This document shows positions 49,836-59,617 of a DNA stretch of 64,000 nt, one piece after another. The notes under the pieces are model-generated. The model made no database searches, had not been told where the DNA came from, and saw only the letters and a program-made list of their open reading frames with translations. The position numbers and the translations under genes are program-made. The stretch comes from Candidatus Poriferihabitaceae bacterium. Its GTDB lineage: Bacteria > Pseudomonadota > Gammaproteobacteria > Arenicellales > Poriferihabitantaceae. Position 1 is the first letter of the stretch. The number at the start of each line of letters is the position of its first letter. Where the stretch lies: NCBI GenBank assembly GCA_965249035.1, contig CBDFKV010000006.1:376729-440728 (forward strand), written 5' to 3'.

Positions 49836-50621
49836 ATGAATGTATTAAAGAAATTATTAGGGATTGTTGTAGCTAGCTCCTTGCTGGGCTTTGCCACTCT
49901 CAGCCAAGCAGGCGACTGGAGCAAAGTCCGTATTGGCGTTGAAGGTGCTTACCCACCATTCAGCCAAGTTGAACCCGACGGCTCTTTGGTGGGATTTGAT
50001 ATTGATATCGCCAACGCCCTATGTGCGGAAATCGGCGCTGAGTGTGAGCTGATTACGCAAGATTGGGATGGAATCATTCCGGCGTTATTAGCGCGCAAGT
50101 ACGATGCAATTATTGCCTCAATGTCGATTACTGAAGAGCGCAAAGAAAAAGTTGCTTTTACCAATAAGTATTACACTTCACCGGTTCGATTCGCGGCTAA
50201 AAAAGGATCTGCCTCTGACACTAGCAAAGAAGGCCTCAAGGGCAAAGCTATTGGGGTACAACGTGCAACGGTTAGTGATACCTTCGCGACTGGCGAATAT
50301 GGCGACGCTGAAATCAAGCGGTACAGCACCCAGGACGAAGCCTATCTCGATGCCATTGCAGGACGTATTGATTTTCTATTGGCAGATGCTTTAGTGATGG
50401 ACGACGGTTTTCTAAAAACGGAACAAGGCGCTGATTTTGAGTTTGTCGGCCCCCTCTTCAGCGACGAGAAATACTTTGGCCCCGGGATTGGTATCGCAAC
50501 CCGCAAAAAGGATGCCGATCTGGTAGATCTTCTCAACCAAGCGATTGATACGATCCGCACTAATGGAGTCTACAAAGAATTGAACGATAAGTACTTCACT
50601 TTCGACGTCTATGGCGAGTAG
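49836..50621 (+). CDS. Periplasmic basic-amino-acid-binding protein (HisJ/ArgT/AotJ-like)
   Basis: 261 aa with a signal peptide. It has the family-3 SBP pattern (G.EG.YPPF, GFDIDIA..LC). Confidence 0.8.
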   Translation: MNVLKKLLGIVVASSLLGFATLSQAGDWSKVRIGVEGAYPPFSQVEPDGSLVGFDIDIANALCAEIGAECELITQDWDGIIPALLARKYDAIIASMSITEERKEKVAFTNKYYTSPVRFAAKKGSASDTSKEGLKGKAIGVQRATVSDTFATGEYGDAEIKRYSTQDEAYLDAIAGRIDFLLADALVMDDGFLKTEQGADFEFVGPLFSDEKYFGPGIGIATRKKDADLVDLLNQAIDTIRTNGVYKELNDKYFTFDVYGE

Positions 50622-50716
50622 CGTGTTCTTGGGGCTGGTTTGTGACTAGCCCCATTTCCTTACTATCAACTCCCACTCATATCTGCCCAATGCAACCATT
50701 AAACTCTAGCGACTAA

Positions 50717-51403
50717 ATGTTCGATTTCGAAGGCTATCTGCCATTCATTATCAAAGGCATGGGCCTAACAATTGCTGTCGCATTACTCTCGCTACTGATC
50801 GCGTTAGTGCTGGGCATGTTAGCGGCAACCGCTCGCCTCTCGAAATCCAAACCATTACAGTTAACGGCTGGGGTATACACGACTGTCATCCGTGGAATTC
50901 CTGATATTGTATTGATGCTACTGATCTTCTTTGGCGGCCAAATGCTTATCAATAGCATTGGCGATAAACTGGGGTGGGATTATATCGACGTCAACCCATT
51001 TATCGCAGGTGTACTAACCATCGGCTTCATTTTTGGTGCCTATATGGGTGAAACCTTTCGCGGTGCCATCATGGCTGTACCCAAAGGTGAGATTGAAGCA
51101 GCGCACGCGTTTGGCATGTTACCCAAACAAGCTTTTTTACGGATTACCCTGCCCGCCATGGTGCGCCACGCGCTGCCTGGGTTTGGTAATAATTGGTTGG
51201 TTATGGTTAAAACCACTGCGCTGGTATCCCTAATTGGTCTACACGATATGGTCTTTAACGCGGGTGTCGCTGGCGGTGCGACCCGTAAACCATTTACGTT
51301 CTACTTATTGGTAGCCTTTCTATTTTTACTGATCACCGCTGTTTCCAATCATGGAATCCGCTGGATTGATAAACGCTATAGTGGTGGCGTAAAGACTGAC
51401 TAA
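50717..51403 (+). CDS. ABC transporter permease (HisQ-like)
   Basis: 228 aa. It is polytopic with an EAA-loop region (GEIEAAHAFGM). Confidence 0.8.
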   Translation: MFDFEGYLPFIIKGMGLTIAVALLSLLIALVLGMLAATARLSKSKPLQLTAGVYTTVIRGIPDIVLMLLIFFGGQMLINSIGDKLGWDYIDVNPFIAGVLTIGFIFGAYMGETFRGAIMAVPKGEIEAAHAFGMLPKQAFLRITLPAMVRHALPGFGNNWLVMVKTTALVSLIGLHDMVFNAGVAGGATRKPFTFYLLVAFLFLLITAVSNHGIRWIDKRYSGGVKTD

Positions 51404-52092
51404 TGGATTTCACTCACGTTATCGAAAACTTGCCACTTTATTTTCAGGGCCTTTGGGTAACTGTTCAACTACTGGTATTGGCGCTTGCTCTTGGCTTATT
51501 GATTGCTCTACCGATTGGTATTGCTGCTGGATCTCGTTCAATTTGGATCAATGCGTTTCCACGTGCGTTTATTTACTTCATGCGCGGCACGCCGTTATTA
51601 GTACAGATTTTTTTGATCTATAATGGCATGGGACAATTCGAAGCCATTCGTGAAAGCTTTATCTGGCCTGTATTCAAACAAGCGTATTGGTGCGCGCTAA
51701 TCGCCTTTGCACTGAATACCGCTGGCTATACGGCCGAAATCATTCGCGGCACCATCAAACAAACGCCACGCGGAGAAATAGAAGCGGCCAAAGCTTCTGG
51801 TATGTCAGTAGTCACTCAATATCGTCGAATTATTTTGCCCAGCACCTTCCGGCGCATGCTGCCAGCTTACGGCAACGAAGTGATTTTTATGCTTCACGGA
51901 ACCGCTCTAGCGGGCTTTATTACGATTGTCGATATACTAGGTGCCGCGAAATACGTCAATTCACGTTACTACATCCCCTTCGAGTCATATATCACCGCAG
52001 GCTTGTTCTACCTCTGCTTGACTTTCATGATCGTTCTGATCTTCAAGCACTTGGAAAAACGCTATTTATCCTATCTAACGCGTAAACCCTGA
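51403..52092 (+). CDS. ABC transporter permease (HisM-like)
   Basis: 229 aa with an EAA loop (GEIEAAKASGM). Its start abuts the upstream stop. Confidence 0.8.
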   Translation: MDFTHVIENLPLYFQGLWVTVQLLVLALALGLLIALPIGIAAGSRSIWINAFPRAFIYFMRGTPLLVQIFLIYNGMGQFEAIRESFIWPVFKQAYWCALIAFALNTAGYTAEIIRGTIKQTPRGEIEAAKASGMSVVTQYRRIILPSTFRRMLPAYGNEVIFMLHGTALAGFITIVDILGAAKYVNSRYYIPFESYITAGLFYLCLTFMIVLIFKHLEKRYLSYLTRKP

Positions 52093-52145
52093 ATTCGATT
52101 ACCGAACATTGGTTCTTTAGATTGCTAAATAGCCATTAGCCGCAA

Positions 52146-53325
52146 CTAAGCTTCAATTCGTACCTTAGCTATTACTCTTGCTTGTTGGTCTGAGGCCACC
52201 ACACTGTCTAAATCCCGCTTGCTCGTCGCAGGCAACGTATCCATGGTTGACTCCACCACTATCGGGATTTGATCGAACGCCAAGCGCCCATTTAAAAAAG
52301 CATCAACCGCCACCTCATTGGCCGCATTAAGTATGGTGGGTAGAGTGCCTTCTGCCTCCGCAGCCTGGCGCGCCAATCGTAACGATGGGAATTTATCCAG
52401 ATCAGGGGCTTCAAACTCAAGCTTACCTAATGCGATTACATTCAATGGTTCAGCGCCTGACTCAATGCGATCAGGCCACGCCAAAGCATGCGCGATAGGG
52501 ATACGCATGTCCGGGCTACCCATCTGTGACAAGATCGAACCATCCACATATTCAACCATAGAATGAATCATACTTTGCGGGTGGACCACGATGTCAACCC
52601 GCTCCGGCGTTGTATTAAACAAGGCGCACGCTTCGATCAGTTCCAAACCTTTGTTCATCATTGTCGCCGAGTCCACTGATATCTTTCGCCCCATGTCCCC
52701 AATTGGGGTGCGCGCAAGCCTGAGCCGGAGTAACGCTTGCAAACTGAGATTGATCAAGCGTCCGAAAGGGCCCGCCTGAGCCAGTCAATAATATTTTTCG
52801 CACCCCACTGGCATCCAAATCACGCTGCATCGCATCAGCAGGCAGGCACTGAAAAATTGCGTTATGTTCGCTATCGAGTGGCAGCAAAGTGGCGTTGGCT
52901 GCTCTCGCCTCGGCAATGATTTCTGGCCCCATCATTACCAACGGCTCTTTATTAGCAATCAGCACGGTTTTCCCTGCGCGTACGGCTGCCAACGTCGACA
53001 ATAAGCCCGCGGCACCGACAATCCCGCCAACGACCACGTCAGCCTCGTCCATCGCTGCCAATGCCACCAAGGCATCACTACTGCTAATCACCTCGGTTTG
53101 ACAGCTATTCTGATTGAGCTGATCGCGCAATGAGCTTGCAGCTGACGGATTAACCATCACTGCATAACGAGGCTGAAACTGAAGGCATTGCTCAGTCATC
53201 CGCTCAACATCGGAATGAGCACTTAAGCCAAACACACTAAATCTACCGGGATGCCGAGCAATCACATCTAGCGTATTAACACCGATTGAGCCGGTTGAAC
53301 CGAGGATCGTAATGGGTCTTGGCAT
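52146..53325 (-). pseudogene. dxr: 1-deoxy-D-xylulose-5-phosphate reductoisomerase split by a 1-nt frameshift; may be a sequencing artefact
   Basis: The N-terminal ORF is 52615-53325 (ILGSTGSIG, DSEHNAIFQ, LTGSGGPFR, HPNW) and the C-terminal ORF is 52146-52757 ([17 protein letters not shown]). Removing one C from the CCCC run at 52697-52700 gives [22 protein letters not shown] in one frame. Confidence 0.88.
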
Positions 53326-53330
53326 AAGAC

Positions 53331-54137
53331 TTATGACCAGACAACAGCCTGCCAGTAAGTCGCGAATAGTGGCAACCCGGCAATCAAACCATCGATGCGA
53401 TCCAGTATGCCACCATGGCCCGGTAAAATAACACCGCTGTCTTTCACTCCCGCTGAGCGCTTTAACTTACTTTCGGTCAAATCACCCACCACTGAAATCA
53501 GACTGGTTAATAACGCCACCAAAGCAACCGACAGATAAGACATCCAGCCGGTGATATTTGGAAATACAAATACGGTGTAAGCCAGCGCCACTAGTATTGC
53601 GCCAAGGCAGCCTGCCACCAACCCTTCCCAGGTTTTTCCGGGTGATATGTCGGGAGCCAGCTTATTTTTACCGAATTGCTTGCCGCCAAAATATGCCAAT
53701 GAATCGGCACTCCAAACAATCAACATGCCAAGCAATAGTATCTTCGCGCCTTCAGGCTGTGACTTGAGAAAAAATATCGCTAGCCACGCGACAAACAATG
53801 CCCACACTCCTTGAGTCAGGCACAAGTATCGATGCTTTTTATCCCATTTTTTACCCAGCCGTAAGGTTTTGGTGAGCCAATAAATGACTCCCACAAATAA
53901 GATGGGCCACGCGGGAAGATGGGAGGCCAGCAAAAACATCGCCCCCAGAGAGAGGTAGACGACCATTGAGATGAGCATCGATTGCAGCCCCGCCTCACAC
54001 AGACGCGACCACTCATACAAAACGACTGCAAATACAGCCAGAGCCAGCAAACTAAACAGATGTGGTGAAAGGCCCAACAGCCCCCATAAAACCAGTGCTA
54101 ATAGCACAATGGCGGTTAAGATTCGATGCATTAACAT
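53331..54137 (-). CDS. cdsA: Phosphatidate cytidylyltransferase
   Basis: 268 aa and polytopic. It has the C-terminal signature S..KR..GVKDSG...PGHGG.LDR.D. Confidence 0.88.
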   Translation of the reverse strand: MLMHRILTAIVLLALVLWGLLGLSPHLFSLLALAVFAVVLYEWSRLCEAGLQSMLISMVVYLSLGAMFLLASHLPAWPILFVGVIYWLTKTLRLGKKWDKKHRYLCLTQGVWALFVAWLAIFFLKSQPEGAKILLLGMLIVWSADSLAYFGGKQFGKNKLAPDISPGKTWEGLVAGCLGAILVALAYTVFVFPNITGWMSYLSVALVALLTSLISVVGDLTESKLKRSAGVKDSGVILPGHGGILDRIDGLIAGLPLFATYWQAVVWS

Positions 54138-54144
54138 AGTGTAT

Positions 54145-54891
54145 TTAAGTACTCAAAGTACATTTAGCGTCAATCTGCTCGTCTGTCTTCCCATACCGAC
54201 GTTGGCGTTGACTGAAACCTGTAATCGCTAGGTCAAGCTCCCGCTGATCGAAGTCTGGCCAATAGCAATCGGTAAAATAGTATTCCGCGTAGGCTGCTTG
54301 CCACAGTAAAAAATTACTGATCCGTTGCTCTCCACCCGTGCGAACTAAGAGGTCGGGGTCGGGCAGGTTGTGCGTCGCCAAATAGCTGTTGAAACGCCGC
54401 TCATCCAGGTCTTCGACCTGAAGATGGCCTGCCGCAACTTCAGTTGCGATGCGTTTACTCGCTTGCATAACGTCCCAACGGCCACCGTAATTAATGGCGA
54501 TGGTCAGCGTCATGTTTGTGTTGTTCTCAGTTAACGTCAGACCTGCAGTGATCTTTTTTTGAATCCGTTTGGAAAAGGCGCTTAGATCACCAATGATATT
54601 CAGCTTAATGCCGTTATTGTGCAAACGTTGCAGGTCAGTTTCCAGAACAGTGACGAGCAACTCAAGCAACAGCTTAACTTCAGCCGGTGGACGATTCCAG
54701 TTTTCGCTGCTAAACGCAAACAGCGTGAGATAACCAACACCCCGTTCAGCGCAGTGCTCAACAACCTTCCGAACGGCAGCCACACCTTGCTTGTGACCGT
54801 ATACACGGGGCTTATTGCGGGCTTTCGCCCAGCGGCCATTGCCATCCATGATGATAGCAATATGCGCTGGTAGCTGGTCTGTCGCGGGCAT
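54145..54891 (-). CDS. uppS: Di-trans,poly-cis-undecaprenyl-diphosphate synthase
   Basis: 248 aa. It has HIAIIMDGNGRWA, LFAFSSENW.RP and RTGGEQRISNFLLWQ. Confidence 0.92.
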   Translation of the reverse strand: MPATDQLPAHIAIIMDGNGRWAKARNKPRVYGHKQGVAAVRKVVEHCAERGVGYLTLFAFSSENWNRPPAEVKLLLELLVTVLETDLQRLHNNGIKLNIIGDLSAFSKRIQKKITAGLTLTENNTNMTLTIAINYGGRWDVMQASKRIATEVAAGHLQVEDLDERRFNSYLATHNLPDPDLLVRTGGEQRISNFLLWQAAYAEYYFTDCYWPDFDQRELDLAITGFSQRQRRYGKTDEQIDAKCTLST

Positions 54892-54928
54892 GATGCGTGC
54901 TACTAATGGTTGACTATACGTCCAAAGC

Positions 54929-55486
54929 CTAAACTTCCATCACCTCTTCGTTCTTGGCAGCTACCAAGCCTTCAATTTGGTGGACGTACTGATCGGTTTT
55001 TCCCTGGATTTGATCCAAGGCCCGCTTCTCATCATCTTCGGAGATTTCTTTTTCTTTTTCTAAATCTTTGGTCATGCTAATCGCATCACGGCGAATATTG
55101 CGAATCGCGATTTTACCATTTTCACCTTCGTGGCTGACTATTTTAGTCATCTCCTGCCGACGATCTTCGGTCATAGGTGGCAAGGGAATACGAATATTGT
55201 CTCCCGCACTCACTGGGTTTAGACCCAAGTCGGAAGTCATGATAGCCTTTTCAATCACTGGTACCATGTTCTTTTCCCAAGGCTGTACCGCTAAGGTCCT
55301 GGCGTCTTGAACGCTGACAGTCGCACATTGTGATAAGGGCGTTGCGCTACCATAGTAATCCACCATGATGTGGTCCAGTAAACTGGTATTGGCGCGACCG
55401 GTACGAATGCGTTGAAATTCATCTTTGACCGCTGCTACGCTCTTCTTCATTCGCTGTTCGGCGTCTTGCAAAATATCGTTAATCAT
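54929..55486 (-). CDS. frr: Ribosome recycling factor
   Basis: I prefer the start at MINDILQDAEQRMKKSV, the fourth codon of the track ORF. The rest is canonical Frr. Confidence 0.92.
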   Translation of the reverse strand: MINDILQDAEQRMKKSVAAVKDEFQRIRTGRANTSLLDHIMVDYYGSATPLSQCATVSVQDARTLAVQPWEKNMVPVIEKAIMTSDLGLNPVSAGDNIRIPLPPMTEDRRQEMTKIVSHEGENGKIAIRNIRRDAISMTKDLEKEKEISEDDEKRALDQIQGKTDQYVHQIEGLVAAKNEEVMEV

Positions 55487-55593
55487 GGGACTCACCTCCG
55501 AAGGTATTGCCTAATTGAAAGGCTTTATTGGCCCCTGTCTTGTCGCATTTATCAAGCTGCGAGCCGCTCTAGGGGTGGAGTATTATAGCGCTA

Positions 55594-56316
55594 TTAGCTT
55601 GGGGTCACGAGTGTCCCGATGCTTTCACCTGCGATAGCGCGCGGTAAATTACCCGGTTTATGAAAATTTAATACTTGAATCGGCATCCCGTTTTCACGAC
55701 ACAAGGTGATCGCGGTAGCGTCCATCACGCGCAAGCCCTTTTCCAAGACCTGGTCAAAAGTAAGGCGATCGTACTTAACGGCGTTAGGGTTTTGTTCGGG
55801 GTCATCGTCGTAAACGCCATCGACCCGCGTTGCTTTGATCATTAAATCAGCACCCATTTCCAGCGCCCGCAAGCTGGATGCGGTGTCGGTGGTAAATAGT
55901 GGGTTGCCCGTGCCTGCGCCAAAAATCACCACCCGGCCTTTATCAAGGTGCTTGAGCGCGCGATTGCGGACATAGGGCTCAACCACGCCATCAATGGAAA
56001 TCGCTGACATCACCCGGCTGGGCTGACCACAGGCATCTAATGCTTGCTGTAACGACAGCGCATTCATCACCGTCGCCAGCATACCGATATAGTCAGCGCC
56101 AATTCTATCCATATCGGCAGCGGCGTTGCTCATGCCGCGAAAGAAATTACCGCCACCAACGACAATCGCCAATTGCACCCCAGACTGCACGATCTGTTGA
56201 ACCTCGTCAGCAATCGATGCCAGCATCGACCCATCAATGCCAAATTTGGCATCACCTGCCAACGACTCGCCACTCAGCTTTAATAACACGCGTCGATAGG
56301 CAGGTGCTTGAGTCAT
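55594..56316 (-). CDS. pyrH: UMP kinase
   Basis: 240 aa. It has [20 protein letters not shown] and the [12 protein letters not shown] pattern. Confidence 0.93.
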   Translation of the reverse strand: MTQAPAYRRVLLKLSGESLAGDAKFGIDGSMLASIADEVQQIVQSGVQLAIVVGGGNFFRGMSNAAADMDRIGADYIGMLATVMNALSLQQALDACGQPSRVMSAISIDGVVEPYVRNRALKHLDKGRVVIFGAGTGNPLFTTDTASSLRALEMGADLMIKATRVDGVYDDDPEQNPNAVKYDRLTFDQVLEKGLRVMDATAITLCRENGMPIQVLNFHKPGNLPRAIAGESIGTLVTPS

Positions 56317-56349
56317 TGTATGATTGGGTTTAAACCCGTTTCATTCAGT

Positions 56350-57228
56350 CTAGGCCTGTCCTGCCTGAGCCATAACTTCGGCAACGAAATCATCTTCACG
56401 CTTTTCGATACCTTCACCCACTTCTAAGCGAACCATAGAAACCACTGAAGCGCCTGCTTCCTTTAACAGTTGCTCAATGGTTTGATCAGGGTTCTTGACG
56501 AAGGGTTGTCCCAATAAAGTGTTCTCTTTCAAGAACTTATTCATCCGACCAACCACCATCTTTTCGGCAATTTCGTCGGGCTTGCCGGACTCTTTAGCTT
56601 GCGCCATAAAAATCTCTTTTTCCTTAGCCAGTAACTCTTGCGGCATGTCAGCTTCTGAAATACAAGTCGGGTTACTCGCTGCGATATGCATTGCCACATC
56701 TTTAGCAACGCCTACGCTACCACCGTTGAGTTTAACCAGCACGCCAATTTTGGCGCCGTGCAAATATACGCCCAACACTCCATCACCCGCCTCAACCCGC
56801 TCGAAGCGACGAACGCTAACGTTTTCACCAATTTTGGTGATCAATTGTTGACGCGCTTCTTCTATGGTTTGTCCATCCATCGCGCTGCCATTCAGCGCTT
56901 CGATACTGGCAGGATTGGCGTCAATCACCTGATGAGCGACACTACTAGCAAAGTTCTTAAAACCATCGTCTTTGGCAACGAAGTCTGTTTCACTATTCAC
57001 TTCAACTAAGGTAATAACACTGCTATCGGCAGATTCAGCCGCCGCAATTACGCCTTCGGCGGCAATACGGCTTGCCTTTTTTGCGGCAGCGGCAGCACCT
57101 GCTTTACGCAAATTCTCGATCGCGGTATCCATATCGCCACCCGCCTCGGTCAGCGCCTTTTTACAATCCATCATGCCAACGCCAGTACGCTCGCGCAGCT
57201 CTTTTATCATTGATGCAGTAATTGCCAT
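56350..57228 (-). CDS. tsf: Translation elongation factor Ts
   Basis: 292 aa. It begins MAITASMIKELRERTGVGMMDCKKAL. Confidence 0.95.
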   Translation of the reverse strand: MAITASMIKELRERTGVGMMDCKKALTEAGGDMDTAIENLRKAGAAAAAKKASRIAAEGVIAAAESADSSVITLVEVNSETDFVAKDDGFKNFASSVAHQVIDANPASIEALNGSAMDGQTIEEARQQLITKIGENVSVRRFERVEAGDGVLGVYLHGAKIGVLVKLNGGSVGVAKDVAMHIAASNPTCISEADMPQELLAKEKEIFMAQAKESGKPDEIAEKMVVGRMNKFLKENTLLGQPFVKNPDQTIEQLLKEAGASVVSMVRLEVGEGIEKREDDFVAEVMAQAGQA

Positions 57229-57272
57229 TATTGCTTCACTCTCTATGTTTTGATGTGGTGTGAAAAACCTGA

Positions 57273-58472
57273 CTACTTAGCCAATTTTTTCGCTTGTTTA
57301 ATCCACTCTTCCCGCTCGATTCGCCCTTTAAAAGCCAACTTTTCGTCGACTTCAGCGATCTGTGCTGCATCGAATGCAGCAATTTCAGCGAAAGTTGAAA
57401 TACCCAAATCCTTCAGCTTACCTTCGATGACTGGACCAATGCCGTTGATTTCGGTCAAATTATCGCCGTCTTTATCTGCCTTTAGCGCAGACTTCTTTGC
57501 CGCAGGCTTGACCACGACTTTCTTTTTCGCCACTTTCTTTTTCGCCACTTTCTTCTTTGCTACTTTTTCCTTTACTACTTTTTTCTTCGCTACTTTTACT
57601 ACCGGCACGGGAGCGGGCTCAGCTTCAACCGCTACTTTTTCTTCAGCTACCGCTTCCGGCGCTGCTTGAGTTTCCTCTTTGGCTAACGCTTCCTTAGGAG
57701 TAGCGACTGAAATATCAGCTACGGCCACTTCAGCTGCTTCTACTTCAACATCACCGCTCGGTGCACGCATTTCTGCCATTTGCTCTGACAACGCTTGGTG
57801 CTTGGCATCATTGATCGCGTCAGCCGTTTCAGCTAAATAGAGACGAATCGCGCGAATCGCGTCGTCGTTGCCTGGTATGACATAGTCGATACCCTTCGGT
57901 GAACAGTTACTATCAACCACAGCAACCACTGGAATCCCTAACTTGTTGGCTTCATTAACAGCGATATATTCGTGCTCGCGGTCAATGACAAACAAGGCAT
58001 CAGGCAAGCCCTTCATCTCTTTTATGCCCGATAGGCTCAATTCCAGTTTGGCCCGCTCGCGCTCAAACTGTAGGACTTCTTTCTTGCGCAAACGATTCAC
58101 TTCGCCTGACTCAACCATCCCATCCATTTCTTTTAGCCGTTTGACTGAACTACTCACGGTTTTGTAGTTGGTCAACATACCACCCAACCAGCGATGGTTG
58201 ACGTAAGGCATATTGCAGCGTTCGGCTTCTTGGCGGATCAGTTTAGATGCGGCACGCTTGGTGCCAACAAATAAAACAGAACCGTTTTGGGCGGCAATGC
58301 TGCCGACAAAGTTGGTGGCCTCTTTCAGCATCGGCAGTGTTTGCTGTAAATCGATAATGTGGAGTTTGTTGCGCGCACCAAAAATAAAAGGCGCCATGCG
58401 TGGGCACCAATATCGCGTTTGATGGCCGAAGTGGCACCCAGCTTCTAATAGCTGACGAATCGTAGTAGACAT
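57273..58472 (-). CDS. rpsB: 30S ribosomal protein S2 with an unusual ~150-aa C-terminal extension
   Basis: 399 aa. The first ~245 aa are canonical S2 ([28 protein letters not shown]). Then come an acidic/Ala-rich linker, the Lys-rich repeat KKKV(A/V)K, and a terminal GIGP...GRIEREEW module. Confidence 0.9.
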   Translation of the reverse strand: MSTTIRQLLEAGCHFGHQTRYWCPRMAPFIFGARNKLHIIDLQQTLPMLKEATNFVGSIAAQNGSVLFVGTKRAASKLIRQEAERCNMPYVNHRWLGGMLTNYKTVSSSVKRLKEMDGMVESGEVNRLRKKEVLQFERERAKLELSLSGIKEMKGLPDALFVIDREHEYIAVNEANKLGIPVVAVVDSNCSPKGIDYVIPGNDDAIRAIRLYLAETADAINDAKHQALSEQMAEMRAPSGDVEVEAAEVAVADISVATPKEALAKEETQAAPEAVAEEKVAVEAEPAPVPVVKVAKKKVVKEKVAKKKVAKKKVAKKKVVVKPAAKKSALKADKDGDNLTEINGIGPVIEGKLKDLGISTFAEIAAFDAAQIAEVDEKLAFKGRIEREEWIKQAKKLAK

Positions 58473-58861
58473 GCTTTAATCTCAGATTGGGTTTATTGTC
58501 CGCAGGTACAGCAACCGACCACGTCATTAGAGCCGACTAGGCTCTGGCGACGGTGGCACCCGGATTGCTCCAAACCCCCGCGTACGTATTTAGCCGCTTA
58601 AATGCTGCCTAGCATGGCAGACATGGCGACCAGAAAAAACGAGGGCGCGATTCTACCTTAAGCTATTGCGTAACGAAAGCAAATTTGCGAGCATTCGCGT
58701 CGGTTTGATGCGAAATAGCTTTTTGCTTTAAAAGGCTAGAAAAACCCGCATAATTAAGCGTCGAGAAAAATTACATTAAACCAGCACTCAGACTAGCAAC
58801 GGCCCAAGCAACAGCCCGGGTTGTAAAGCCAAGTAACAACAGGGCTCACCCTAGGATTATC

Positions 58862-59617
58862 ATGATAAAAACGCCTGCAGAAATTGACAAAATGATCGTA
58901 GCTGGCCGCTTGGCGGCTGAAGTACTGGATTTTATTGAGCCACACGTTCAGGCTGGCGTGACCACGGATCACCTGGATCAGCTCTGCCATAACTATATTG
59001 TCGACCAACAAGCAGCGATCCCGGCACCCTTAAACTATCGCGGTTTTCCAAAATCTATTTGTACCTCCGTCAACAACGTCATCTGCCATGGCATTCCTGG
59101 CCCCAAAAAACTAAAAAAGGGTGACATCATTAACCTTGATATCACGGTGATCAAAGAGGGTTACCACGGCGATACCAGCCGGATGTTTTATGTCGGTGAG
59201 CCTTCAATACTGGCTAAGCGCCTCAGTGAAACCGCCTATGAATGTATGATGCTGGGGATTGAGCAAGTCAAACCCGGCGCCCACCTGGGCGACATCGGCG
59301 AAGTCATACAGGATCACGCGCACTCACGAAATTACTCAGTCGTTCGTGAATATTGTGGCCATGGCATCGGCAAGCAATTTCATGAAGACCCACAAGTATT
59401 GCACTACGGGAAGCGCGGCTCGGGACTTGAACTTCAAGCGGGCATGACTTTTACCATTGAGCCAATGATCAATGCCGGGCGGCGAAATACGCGCTTATTA
59501 AACGATGGCTGGACCGTGGTGACCGGTGATCGCTCGCTGTCGGCGCAATGGGAACACACCATTTTAGTCACATCGACGGGCAGCCAAATTTTGACGACCA
59601 CTGAGTCAGCTGCATGA
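58862..59617 (+). CDS. map: Methionine aminopeptidase, type I
   Basis: 251 aa. It begins IKTPAEIDKMIVAGRLAAEVL and has the metal-ligand contexts D..., HGIG, EPM and EHT. Confidence 0.92.
   Translation: MIKTPAEIDKMIVAGRLAAEVLDFIEPHVQAGVTTDHLDQLCHNYIVDQQAAIPAPLNYRGFPKSICTSVNNVICHGIPGPKKLKKGDIINLDITVIKEGYHGDTSRMFYVGEPSILAKRLSETAYECMMLGIEQVKPGAHLGDIGEVIQDHAHSRNYSVVREYCGHGIGKQFHEDPQVLHYGKRGSGLELQAGMTFTIEPMINAGRRNTRLLNDGWTVVTGDRSLSAQWEHTILVTSTGSQILTTTESAA

Noticed and set aside
52093-52146. A synteny break after dxr: rseP-bamA are expected downstream in many gammaproteobacteria, but a convergent amino-acid ABC operon is found instead
   Set aside because: Gene order downstream of dxr varies among lineages. 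There is no repeat, IS or scar at the 53-bp junction. This cannot be evaluated without related genomes.
57500-57600. The tandem DNA repeat ctttttcgccactttct... as an independent repeat element
   Set aside because: It is in frame within rpsB and simply encodes the KKKVAK repeat of the S2 extension. The 139-aa + strand ORF at 57250-57669 is its antisense artefact.
58473-58861. An rpsB 5' leader autoregulatory structure in the rpsB/map divergent region
   Set aside because: Such an element is plausible from knowledge of S2 autoregulation in gammaproteobacteria, and small hairpins are present. I cannot recognise the conserved pseudoknot by eye, so I did not call it as a feature.
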